A DNA stretch of 64,000 nt from Sminthopsis crassicaudata. Taxonomy: Eukaryota. The notes beneath the pieces are model-generated. The model worked only from the letters and a program-made list of their open reading frames with translations, searched no databases and had not been told where the DNA came from. Location of the stretch: assembly GCF_048593235.1 (NCBI RefSeq), contig NC_133622.1:244532055-244596054 (forward strand), read 5' to 3'. This document shows, piece by piece, positions 11,370 to 23,358 of this stretch (within the stretch, counting starts at the first letter, position 1; every line of letters starts with the position of its first letter). A program made the position numbers and the translations under genes.

Positions 11370-11580
11370 AGAGAAAGATGGAGAAAGGGAGGGAGAAAGA
11401 GAGATGAGAGACACACAGAAAAAGAGAGACACAGAGACAGAGATAGACAGAGACAGGACATAGGCAGAGACACAGAGAAATACAGAAACAGAGACAGAAA
11501 GAGGCATATAGAGAGAGATGAGGGAGGGAGAGAGGGAAACAAGATCAAAACAGAACCAGATTGGCATACAGAGAGAGGGG
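11370..11580. repeat. Compound purine-rich (GA/GACA)n microsatellite
   Basis: Directly visible. Confidence 0.92.
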
Positions 11581-12140
11581 TGTAACGTGCTCTCCTGGCA
11601 GTTACAATTACTAGTCTGCTCCTCCTGGCAGTTACAATTACTAGTCTGTCCTAGGCCCAACAGAGTACCTTTGACCACTGACCTTTGCAGTGTCAACTCT
11701 ACCTGGCTCACCTCCTCTGAGGCTTTCAAAGGTCTCTGGCCACAATTTCTTGAATAGTAGTTTAATAACCGGTAATGCACTCAAGAACAGCCATGTGTAA
11801 TCTTAAAAGCCTTTATTATACCTACTCACATAATGCCCTGACTTGTTGGTTCTCTAGTGAACACCTGGTCAGAAGACCCACGTGTTCACTACTAAACTCC
11901 TTACCTCTCGGCTATCCATCCACTTGGCTTGGCTTGGCTACCTCAGGCTAGGGAGCCAGGTTAAAGAGAGCAACTGCTGTCTGCAGTGGGCTTATAAAGG
12001 GCCTGTGAGGTCACACACTCAGCCAATCAGCAAGAGAGTCGTCACCCATTATGAAGCTATCTCAATATGGACAGGATCCCACCCACAGGGCAGTCCTATA
12101 TCCACAGAGAATACTTCCGAGCCTCAATCTCCTGTTGCTA
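11581..12140 (-). mobile_element. ERV LTR (right end not resolved)
   Basis: TGTAAC terminus. On the minus strand, ATTGG box (about 12024), TATAAG (about 11992) and AATAAA (about 11812) are in LTR order. 30-bp-period duplication at 11592-11648. Confidence 0.7.
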
Positions 12141-12149
12141 GATATCTTT

Positions 12150-12660
12150 GGTGATTTTTTTAACTTAATAGTTTTTCTGCTAATTACATATAAAGATAGT
12201 TTTTTTCAACTTTGACTTTTGAAATATTTGGAGTTCCAATATTTCTCCCTTCTTTCCTTAATCCTCCCTCTCCAAGACAGCAAGCAATAACTTATACACA
12301 CACACACACACACACACACATTTTAAACATTTTTATCTTACTCATGTTGTGAAAGAAAAATCACAATAAAAGGAGGAAAACCACAAGAAATGAAAAACAA
12401 AACAAAGCAAAGATAGTATGCTCTGACACACATTCAGTGTCTATAATTCTTTCTCAAGAAGTGGATGGCATTTTCAGTTTAAGTATGATGTAATTGTCTT
12501 AGATCACTATATTGCTGAGTAAGAGCTAAGTCTGTCATAATTGATCATCACACAATAGTGTATTACCTTGTGCAAAGCTCTCCTGATTCTGTTTACATCA
12601 CTCAGCATCAGTTCATGCATGTCTTTTCAGTCTTTTCTGAAATCAGTTTGCTCATCATTT
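12150..12660 (-). mobile_element. LINE-1 3' UTR fragment
   Basis: Similar to the other L1 3' UTR copies in the window. Confidence 0.7.
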
Positions 12661-13761
12661 CAGTCTTAGGCCTGGTCAGGGCCCTAGAGCTGAGAAATCA
12701 AAACAGGCAGCTGAGACCATTGGGAACTATGAATTTCAATCTCTCTGAACTTTGAGAGCCTGAAAGCTAAGTAACAGAAAGAAGGGTCCAATAGCTAACT
12801 GCTGGACCTCCAAATAGGGAAAATCTTAAAATCACATTGTTGTTATCAACTGTGTGACTCTGGGCAAATCATTTAACCCCAACTGCCTCAGCAAATAAAG
12901 ACCATGGACAACAGGTGATTTTACTCTCTCTCTTCTCTCATTCTCTTCTTAATTTCTTCTACTCTGACTTCTGACATCATTGCAGTGAAACTTCCCTCTT
13001 CAAAAGTTAGCAGTGAACATGGGGAAGAAAGAAAGGAAAGAGCAGGAGAAAAGGGAAAAGGAGAGAGGGGGAAGAAGGAAAAGGGACAGAGAGGAAAAGG
13101 GGAGCAGCCAGTTTACTTCTATTGACCAAAGGAAGAGGTAGAAACTAAGGTCAGTATGGCTCTATAAATCTCAACTAGTCAATTATTGGAAGACAAAATG
13201 AGTCTTTATAATTCAGTGAGTAAGAAAATTTCATTTTATGTCATTGTATCCCCAATTACCTAGTGGACTCTAAATTAATATTGATTTGTAAATTTAGAGC
13301 TCCTAAACTTAATAAAGTAAATCTATCACCTACTTCACCATTATCATAAAATCATTAAGTATGAGCTAAAAAAGACTGAAATGTTCATCTAGTCCAACAC
13401 CTTCACTATGTAGATAAGGAAATTAAAGCTCATTAAGGTAATCTGACTCTTCTAAGTGAACCACAGAAGTAGGATTTGGACTGGGTGTTTTTACTTCTGC
13501 ACTGCAATGTATTCATGTATATCTATTACAAGATCCTACAAATCAATGGTAGAGACTTTGGTCTCATAGCTGGTAAGTGTTAACGTCAGCATTTGAATCC
13601 ATGTTTCTCTTCATTCTAAAGTATAATCCCTTTTCCTCTTATATCACACTGTATCTAGAAAAGGTAGAACTGAGTTTAAGAATATTTAAGATAATAAAAT
13701 GATTTGGGATCTAAAGTCTAGAGAATTATATTTCAGATTTTGTTTTCTCTTAAGCAAAATG

Positions 13762-14686
13762 CTAAGCCTTATGAAGTCTTTTCCCCCATAAGATTTTCCT
13801 GAAAGCCACATGAATGTCTTTAGTCCTCATGGTATAGACTAGAGGCTTCAACATGGGAATGATCATAGTGTAGAATATCAAAGTCACTTTGTCTGTGTCC
13901 CTAGAATGGTTAGAGTTGGGTTGTAAGTACATAAAGGTGACTGTCCCATAAAATATGGACACTACAGAGAGGTGACAAGTGGAGAAGGCTTTCTGGTGGC
14001 CCTCAATAGATTGGATCTTCAGGACAGCAACAAAAATGCATATATGGGATATACAGATAAAACAGAGTCCAAAAGAGGCAGCAAATGAGTATCATTTCAC
14101 TGATGTATACATCAGAGCAGGAGAGAGCCAGAAGAGGAGGAATGTCACAGGAGAAGTGATGGACACCATTGGAACTACAGAAGGACAGACTAAAGGTCTG
14201 TCCAGTGACAATAGCAGAGTTAAAAAAAATTCACAGACATGTGCAATAATGTTCAGACAAGTACACACAATCGATGTCATAGTGGTGATATAATATAGGG
14301 GCCTACACACAGCTGTGTGGCGATCATAGGCCCTAACAGCCAGGAGATAATTGTCTGTAGTGACAAAGCTTGAAAAGAAGAACATTTCTGCAGCACATCC
14401 ATTGTAGGAGATGACCTTGCCCCCTGTGAGAAAACCAGCCGTAACCTTGGGTGTGAAAGCTGAGGAATGACCCAAATCTACCAAAGAAGTTTACTGAGAA
14501 AATAGTACATTGGAATATGCAAGCGGGAGTCCCAGAAGATAATGACTACTATCCCAAGTTCCTCACGAGGATAATGAGGTAGATGATGGTGAACATTATG
14601 AGGAGGGGAACTTGAAGCTCTCGAATATCTGCTATTCCTATGAGAATAAACTCATTTACTTCTGTTCTGTTCTTTATTTATATCAT
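13762..14686 (-). pseudogene. OR5B pseudogene (U2), full-length duplicate of U1
   Basis: Collinear with 2747-3682. Lesions: ATG-ATA-TAA (stop at codon 3, 14678-14680), 1-bp deletions near 14553 and 14488, +2 A in the run at 14222-14229, 14-bp deletion at 14086/7, and a 6-bp deletion at 13975/6 turning STCASHL into STCHL. Confidence 0.95.
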
Positions 14687-14759
14687 TTTGGATATGCCTC
14701 ATTCACCTGAAATAAAAAGAAATTATGGAATTTTCAATAGGCATCAAACTGCAAATAGA

Positions 14760-15400
14760 TAACTAAAAGTCAAACAATTAGAAAAAGATACAAAATCATA
14801 AAAAATAAAATAGGGGAATTTAAAAATCAAATAAAAGAATGAGGAAAGATTGAAAAGGAAATGCAATTCAAACATTGTGAAAAAGTTAACAAAATGGAGA
14901 ATAAATTAAAAATGTTAAGGAAGAAACTAGCCATAGTCATGAAAAAAATATTCTAAATCATTATAATTTAAAGAAATACAAATTAAAACAATCGTGAGAT
15001 ATCTTTTTATACATATAACATTTGCTAAAATAATTAAAGGAAAAAGCAACAAATATTGGAGAATTAAGAGAAAAAAGGGACACATTCATTGTTGGTAGAA
15101 TTGTAAACTAATCCAAACATTTTGGAGAGTAATCTTGAATTATGCCTGAAGAATTAGTAAGCTGCCTATGCACTTTGAAGCTGTAAGACCACATTAAGTT
15201 TATTTTCAAAGATGATTAAAGAAAGGAAAAAGAACATATATGTTCTAGAACATCTATAGCAGTTCTCTTTATGGTAGCAAAGAACTGGAAAGTGTGCAAA
15301 CATTGATTAGTTGGGGAATGGCTAAAAAGTTGGAGTGTATGATTGTTAAAGAATACTACTATGCTATAAGAAATGAGGAGCTTGATAATGCTAGGAAAAC
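14760..15400 (+). mobile_element. Old LINE-1 fragments in the U2 intron
   Basis: Similar to the L1 ORF2 3' end at 51700-52200. Confidence 0.65.
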
Positions 15401-15488
15401 ATATCTTGCCACTAGACCCCGATGGCATTGAAGGAGAAAGTTAGGTTGGTGACATTTCAGTCTTCCATTACTTAAATACCATTTACCT

Positions 15489-15558
15489 GGGGACAAGTAG
15501 GTGGCACAGTGGATAGAGCACCAGCCTTGAATTCAGGAGCACCTGAGTTCAAATCTGG
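15489..15558 (+). mobile_element. WSINE1-like SINE, 5' half, runs into a gap
   Basis: A-box/B-box head GTGGCACAGTGG...GAGTTCAAATC. Confidence 0.8.
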
Positions 15559-15688
15559 NNNNNNNNNNNNNNNNNNNNNNNNNNNNNNNNNNNNNNNNNN
15601 NNNNNNNNNNNNNNNNNNNNNNNNNNNNNNNNNNNNNNNNNNNNNNNNNNNNNNNNNNNNNNNNNNNNNNNNNNNNNNNNNNNNNNNN
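15559..15688. other. Assembly gap (N run)
   Basis: N run inside a SINE. Confidence 1.
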
Positions 15689-17124
15689 GGTGTCACCCAC
15701 TTGATATCATTGGTGTTCTCACAACAATAATAAATTTTTCCTTATTTTCTTCTGAAAGTATATTTTCTATTTTTCAAGTTAGACATAAATTCCTTGAAGG
15801 CACATTGGCTTGTATCCTCAAGACCAATGAATGGAATATTTAATTGAAACTGTTGAATTTCAGTCAACACAATTAAATATTTGGATCTCACCTTGCCTGT
15901 CTATAAGAGGATAACATTCAAAATAAATAAAATCATAAAGTGTTTATAAAGAAAATCTAAAACTTTTTAAAGCTGTAAAACAAAGAGTTGTTTTTTTTTC
16001 CTTTATATATTTTGACAATGATATGTGATAATGACGAGACACTACTCTGCAAAGCAAATGAACAAATTTATTGAGGCAGTTAGGCTTAGTGAATAGAGCT
16101 AAGGAATTAAATTTGAAAAACACTTGGAATAAAATTCTGCCTCAGATACTTAATATCTATGCAAGCTTGAACAATTCATATAAATTTCCCATCTGGAAAA
16201 TGGAGATAATGACAAATGTAGCACTTACCTTTCAGGGTCATTGTGAGTTTCAAATGAGACCATTACTATAAAGCATTTTAAAAACCCGAAAGCAAAACAT
16301 AAACAAAAGATGTCACTATTGAGCTTAAATTCGTATCTTTTCTTAATTTTAAATCTGTCCCAAACTGCTGCATTATGATTTGTAGATAATCTGCCCTTAC
16401 TTTTATTCATTGATTTGTTGTTAAATGTTTATTATCATAAATCCTCTCAGATTGCAGCTTTACTTAACGCAAGACGATAGGGGGCAAAAGCAGGAGCATG
16501 GTTCACAATAATAACTGTCCTGTATAAAACCTGTAAAGTTTGCAAAGCATCTTCTGTATCTTATTTGAACCTCACAATAAGCTTATGAAGATAATAATGT
16601 TCTTCATAATACTATCTTAATTTTATGGTTGCTTCTAAAGTTCAGAGTGATGAAATTATTTGCCTATGATTTCACAAGTAATAATTTTTAGAAACAAGAT
16701 CTGAGCCTAATCATCCAGATGCCAGATCTAAAACCTTAAAGGATAATGCCATACTATCCCCCAGATGAGTTTTGGAATCTTAAATTGGATTTTTCAGAAC
16801 CTGACTGGCTCATGGAGAAAGGCTGATGGTTATGCACCTTTATAGGAGGTGCAGGGCTTGAAATCTAAGACCAAGGAAGAAAATTAATATGATGAGGAAA
16901 GTCTCCTCTAGTGTTTAAAGATCTTTAGTTCTGGAAAGATCATCCTTGGCCATTGCTGCTTCATGAATGGTAATAGATTTAGTGATCTTTTCTCCTGTCA
17001 AATGTCAGAATAAACAATGGAAACCAAATGAACAAGTGATTTGGACTCCTTCCCTAGGCTGGTCTCACAGCATCATGCCCTGAAAGAGACACATTCTGGA
17101 TAAGTGGATATGAAGATGGGAATT

Positions 17125-17265
17125 ACAAGAGGTCTTATGCAGACTTAGGAGGCTATGCTCCTTTGGAGATAATTAGCATCATAGCCACCTAATACATAAA
17201 ATAAACCATTAAATTCTTCTTTACTACAAGGAACAAACACTGCTTTTCCACAGGGATCATTTTCT
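17125..17265 (-). promoter_or_regulatory. Decayed promoter cassette of pseudogene U2
   Basis: TAATGG at 17206-17211 and TCCTTTGGAG-A-TAATTA at about 17159-17175. TATA position reads CATAAG. Confidence 0.55.
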
Positions 17266-17383
17266 TCTAACTCCTTTTGTCTTTTTTTAGTTCATTGTTA
17301 AACATGTAGAACAGAAAAGGCCTTGGTTATTGGGAATCCTGTCCTTGAGTTCCTACAGAGGGATCTGGACTCAGGCACTTAGC

Positions 17384-17835
17384 TGATAGGATTTTTAAAA
17401 GTTGCTAAGTAAGTGCAATTGAGGAGATAGTGGTTAAATCTATTTTAGCATTTATTTAATCCTACAAAAAATAATGATTTCCTAGTGACATAATGATTGG
17501 TGTACACTCAGTGTGGAACATGTAAGGAGGAGCTCTCAGGGCCAGAAAGGACAAATCCACTAGAAGCTTTCAGAGCCTCAGCCAGGATTCAGTCAAGGAA
17601 ATTCAGAAGTCAGAGAAGGCAGCTTTAGTTCTTGGAATCAAGACTACAAAAGGCCTCTAAGAAAAACTAGCCAATGTGAAGGAGATAAGACTTTGAAGGA
17701 CACAATAAAATATTTGGACTTTAATACCTGGCTGTATTTGGGGTGATTATTGAACAAACTAAGGATGCCTCCAGAAGCCCCCCCCCCAAGAAACCTGCTC
17801 CTAGAGAACATTAAATTTTAGAGAAGAATATTACA
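17384..17835 (+). mobile_element. Solo ERV LTR, 452 bp
   Basis: TG...CA termini, TSD CTTAGC/CTTAAC, internal AATAAA. Empty site CACTTAACTA in the U1 paralog near 9694. Confidence 0.85.
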
Positions 17836-18734
17836 CTTAACTAATATTTATTTCCACTTACTCATCTGTCAAATAAGTCTAATCATCCTTGCTTATATAG
17901 TTTGTTGAATTGTTGTGAGGGCCAAATGTCATATTGAATTATGAAAGGAAAAATGCATTGCATGACAAAAAATATTGAAAGCTAATTTAGTCTTATTGTT
18001 TTCTGTACCTCAGTTTCCTGACCTGTAAAATTGTGGTAATTAAAATTGTCCAACTTTACTCTTGCAAATTCTTCTTATTGGCTATGTTCCTGAAGGTTAC
18101 ATGCATATAAAGGTCTGATATTCTAATGATTCAAATGCATACCATAGAACAAGTTTAATGAGTTCTAAGCAAAGAAGTTGATAGTCTTTCTTGCTAATAT
18201 GAAAACAAGATATGAGAGATAGGTGGGGAATTAGACTCTAATGGGGAACCCCACGAATCTGTCTTTAGTCCTGTAGTCAATATTTTTATCACCATCATAA
18301 AGTATCCCTATTTCTAGATTTTTTTGAAAATTGGTTTAAATTGATCTCCATCTCCATCTCCATCTCATACAAATGGGTCCCCATCTCCTAGATGCAAAAG
18401 CAGGAACTTGGTTCAATCATTCATGGAACCAAGTTAACATTGAGAAATCCTTTATATCACTTTATGGAAAAAATTCAAAATTTGCAAAAATCCTCATAGG
18501 AACCCATAAGCAAATGCAGAAACATCTAAACCACTCAAAGAATTGTTCAGTTAGAACAGAATTGAAACTGGGGTTGCCATCATTTTGAATTCAGAACATC
18601 CTGACTCCAATCCTAATAATCTAATCCATTGTAGCAGAACTGCCTCTTAAAAGTACTTTAAATTCATTGGATCATTTGATCCCCACAACAACTTTCTAAC
18701 ATACATGGCAAACAAGACAATTTTACCATATAAT

Positions 18735-19180
18735 GCAAGAAAAGACACAGTATCTCGACATTCAAAGATGATCCTCTCTATTCTGCATTTGGAGCAACAT
18801 AGTCACTTGTGGGTTCCACACTTTAGGAAGAACATTGATAAACTAAAGATTTTTACAGAGGAGTTCAGCCAGGATGGAGAAGGACTTTTAAAATTTTCCA
18901 TATTGGAATTAATGGAGTGAACTGGGGTTTTTTAGTTAATTACTAAAGTTATCTTTAAGTATCTGAAGGATTGACAGACATATGGGGGAAGGGATTTGAT
19001 GTATTTGTATACAAAGGGAAAAATCAGGAGTAAAGTATAGAAGTTAAGAAGCAAATTTAGATTTAATGGAAAGAAAACATCACAAAATAATGTTCAGATA
19101 TAAAAGGACCTGATTTGACATATACTGGATTTCCTCCCATTAAATTCTTGAAGGAAGAGCTAAAGGTCCAGTTGTTTCAC
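18735..19180 (+). mobile_element. CR1/L3 3' ORF2 remnant (paralog at 59100-59590)
   Basis: CR1-like motifs, e.g. GTGGGTTCCACACTTTAGGAAGAACATTGATAAACT. Confidence 0.65.
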
Positions 19181-20229
19181 ACTACATGCACACAGACACA
19201 GATACACACACACATATAATGCTTTTAATGTATATAAAACACTTTACAAATATTAACTCATATCATCAAATAAAACTTGGGAAGTAAGTAATATTATTAT
19301 CTTTATTTTCTACTAGATAAGGAAACTGACATAAGCAGAGGTCAAGTGACTTGTTTAGGGTCATACAGTGAGTGTTTACTACTGGATTTGGACATAAGCC
19401 TTCCTGAATTCATGTTCAGTATTCTACCCACTGTGACATTTAGCTATTTCTGTAATTATTAATTAATTATAAAATAAGATCAGTTATTACAATTTAAGAG
19501 GAGCAAAATTAACTATCTGTAATGGAACTAGCAACTACAAGTAAATTCTCTCGAGTTTAAGGAACTTAATATGGATAACTTTTACTGATGATAAAATAAT
19601 AGCTAACAGTTATATGGCATTGTAAGGTTTGCACTCACCTCATAACAATCATTCATAATGAGTATAGAGTTCACCTTAATTTACAAATTTCCTTTACTTC
19701 TTTATTCTTAGTGATTATCTTTGAGCTGAAAATTCCAAACTAGAGATGATATGGATGGAACAACATTATGTTATTGAGGCCCCATCAGGGACTAACTTAA
19801 TCCCTGGATCACAGCCTCTTATCTAAGAAATAGAAAGGTTTGTACCATTTGATACCTAAGAATGTTTCAAATTTGAAATCTTGCAATTCTGAGACCTTTT
19901 GGCTTACTTTATCATTATATGTGTCGCCGAATCAAGCAAAAACACCTAACACTGATCATTATAAGTTAATAAAGGTAAGATGCGGCCAATATTTTAATAT
20001 AACAGGTTTTCTAAATAACCTCAATAATAATTGCCAGCTAATTCTCAGACTGTAGAAAAACTTATTCCTGGCTCCTTCATACCAATGCCTAGATTCAATA
20101 GTGACCGAGCATCTGTGGTTGGCCAAGGAATACTGTATTTATCAGAATTCTGAACTCTTTCCAAATTTACACTTTTGCATTTATCCTTTACACTATTGCA
20201 TTTATCATCATTTAATTGAAACTATTCTT

Positions 20230-22800
20230 TCTCATTACAAGTGATTCCTTTTTATTTCTCTTTTTTGGTAACTTTTAACATTAATTTTTTAAATTGGGTT
20301 TTTAATTCTCTCCCTTGTACTCCTCTCCTACCCATTGGAAAGGCAAGCAATATGATATCAGTTATATGTGTGGTCATGCAAAAATCTATTTTCATATATT
20401 AATCTTCTTGCAAAAAAAATCCTTAACAAAAAAGAAAATAAAAAAGCACATATTCACAATGTTGCAAAACAAAAATCCAACCCCAGCAAAAAATGAAGCA
20501 AAAAAAAAACCCCACAATAAGGGAAGTGAAAAAATAGTAAATTTCCATCTGCACCACTTTCTTCTCTGAAGGTAGATAGCATTTTTCACTATGGATTCCT
20601 GGAATAGTTTTGTGTTAGACTATCATCTTGATGAGGATAGCTATATTATTTACAGTTGATTATTGAGTTGATATTTTTCAATTATATCCAACTCTTTTTA
20701 ACCTCATTTAGGTTTTTCTTGACAAAGATACTGGAGTGGCTTGCCATTTCTCCTCCAGCTGATTTCGAGTTGAGGAAGTGAGGCAAACAAGGCTAAACTA
20801 AGAGACTTGACCAAGATTACATAAGATTTTTTAATGATAATTCCTATGTCATATAGTTGGAAACCTGGTACTAGTAGTCTCATTTTCCCCCTTTTGATCT
20901 GATTTTGGGGGCAACATGAGAAATATGAAAATAGGTTGAAAAGAATTGCATTTTTGTCAAATTGTCAGATTGCTTGCTGTCTTGAGGAGTTAGAGTGAAG
21001 AAGAGGAGAGAGGAGGAGAAGGAAAAAAAAAATTTGAACCACAAGGTGACCATTGAAAATTATCTTTGCATGTATTTGGAAAAATAAGATACTACTAGTA
21101 TATGACAAAGGGGATATCATTAAAACAATCTTGTACTGGCTAAGAGATAGAGTGGTGTACTAATGGAGGAGAAAAAGTTTACAAGGCACAGTAAAGTGGT
21201 GCAATATATAGAGTACTGAACCTAGAGTCAGGCTTGTAAAGGACTGAAACTGAGTTGTACTGAGGGCCGAGCACTTAAGGCTAATTACCAATTGGACAAT
21301 ACTCTATTAACATATGCTAGGAGAATAGCCCTTTCCAACTATTCTGTGCTGGCTCGATCTGTGGGTGTAGACAGAGAATTGTGAGAGGGATCAGAGGGTG
21401 GAGTAAGACAAGCGGGAGTCACTTTTTGGAGGTGGAGAGAGAGAAAAAAGGTATGGAGATTCCTATGGCCATTCCCCTGACTGCTACTCCAAAAGATCAA
21501 GAATAAAGATGAAGGACTTTTGCTTATCTTGACTCTGGATGATTGTAAGGTATCCAGGATGCTAACTTGGTCTTCACAAGGCTGACATCTTCTTCAGTTC
21601 AAATCTGGCTTCAGATGCTTACTATCTATGTAATCATATTCATTTTCATCAGTGTTGATATTCTTGACCTTTTGTTCTTTCAGATGATTTTTATTATTAT
21701 TTTTGAGCATTATAAAATGATTTTCTGATAGTTTGGGATAACACTGAATAACCAAATGAATTTAGATAGAATTGTCATTTTTATTATCTTGACTTAGCCT
21801 ATTCATAGCACTTAATGTATCTATGATTATTTAACTCTGTCTTTATTTGTATGAAGTGTTTTACAATTATGCTCATATGGTCTCTGTATTTGTCTTAGTT
21901 TTTTGCTGCCCAGAGTGATTTTTTTTCTATGTGAATTTGACACTACTAATCTGTCGAGAAACTTTTAGATAGAGACTATCATTTTCTGTGTTAGCTGTCC
22001 TTCTTAGATTTGTGTCATATGCATATCTGATAAACATATAATCTATGCCTTTATTCCAGTCATTGAATAAAAAATGCAAACATTAAATAACATAAGACCA
22101 ATTATGATTCCTCTTGATTTTATTCTAGAAACTACATTTACCACTCATTTAATTTGTTTAATATGTTATTTTTTTCCTTGCATATAAAACAATTAAAAAT
22201 TTTGTTTTTAAAACTTTAATTTCTAGATTCTCTCCCCTTCTTCCTTCCAGCTATGTCCCTTCCCATTAAGAAAGCACATTTGAAGGTAACCATATATATT
22301 ATGAACATGGAAACAGCAACTACTCTTTGAGTCCTTCCATCTACTCATTTTTGAATATCTCTGTATTGTTATCTAATATTTATCTTTCTATCTTCACAAT
22401 AATGAAATACTTTATGAAAATGTTTGCTAAAATCAAGGTATATTTTATCCACAGCAGTTTCTTCATGTGTTTAGAAATCATATGGAAAAAAGAAATCTAT
22501 ATAGGTTCACTGATGCTTATTTTTAATGTAGCCATGATGATTCTTTTTTTTTTATTTTAATAGCATTTTATTTTTTCTAAATACATGCAAAGAGAGTTTT
22601 CAACATTCACTTTTGCAAAACCTTGTGTTACAAATTTTGTCCCTCTCTTCCCCTCTCTCCATTACCCAAGACAGCAAGCAATCTGATTTAGGTTAAACAT
22701 ATGCAAATCTTTTAAACATATTTTCATATTTGTCATGTTGCTCCAAATATCAGATCAAAAGGAAAAATGAGATTTTTGATATATCAAAATTATTGTTCCA
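20230..22800 (-). mobile_element. Cluster of L1 3' UTR/ORF2 fragments and SINE pieces
   Basis: L1 3' UTR-like blocks at 20230-20690, 22170-22500 and 22555-22790; ORF2-like at 21690-21910. Confidence 0.6.
21235..21578 (+). mobile_element. Solo ERV LTR, 344 bp, inserted inside a SINE
   Basis: TGTAAAGG...TTCACA, perfect 5-bp TSD AGGCT, AATAAA near 21503. Flanks rejoin as a MIR/WSINE-like SINE. Confidence 0.88.
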
Positions 22801-22929
22801 TTATTCCAGACATTTTCAACTCTTTATAACATAATTTGGGAATAGTTTGCCATTTCCTCCCCCAGCTCACTTTAAAAAAAGGGGGGATTGAGGTAAATAG
22901 GGTTAAGTGACTTGCCCCAAAAAGAAAAA

Positions 22930-23358
22930 TATTAGGTTCTTACTAAGTGCTAAGTTGGTACTTAACAATTCTCTAGTTCCAGCCTTTAAGGGAAGTTTTA
23001 CCCCTTTGAACTTCTGGGGAGGAGCTTGCATGTTTATGAGGAGCAAGTTCATTGGTTGAGGTATTTTTTCCCAGAAGCCCCTGAGTTATTCCACGCCCAT
23101 TCTCTGGGATCATAAAAGAAGTGACATTGAGCAAGGGAGGGAGAAGTCTACTCTAGGTCAGAGCTGGTGGCAGTTGAGACAGCAGATCTCCTCCCAGAGA
23201 GCGATCAGCAGTTTCTGGAGACAACATTACATATTGGCATCCACAACGTGGAGCAAGAACTTTTGCTTATCCTGACAAGGACTTATTCTGAGCCCTTCAG
23301 AGGAGCTAGCCTGGATTTTAGCATTTTGGCGCCCAAACAGGGACAACAGAACATTACA
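22930..23358 (+). mobile_element. ERV LTR-derived element with internal PBS motifs
   Basis: Starts TATTAGGTTC (decayed TG) and ends ATTACA. Perfect 6-bp TSD GAAAAA (22924-22929 / 23359-23364). Its 5' part is homologous to the LTR at 63034-63422. Confidence 0.85.
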
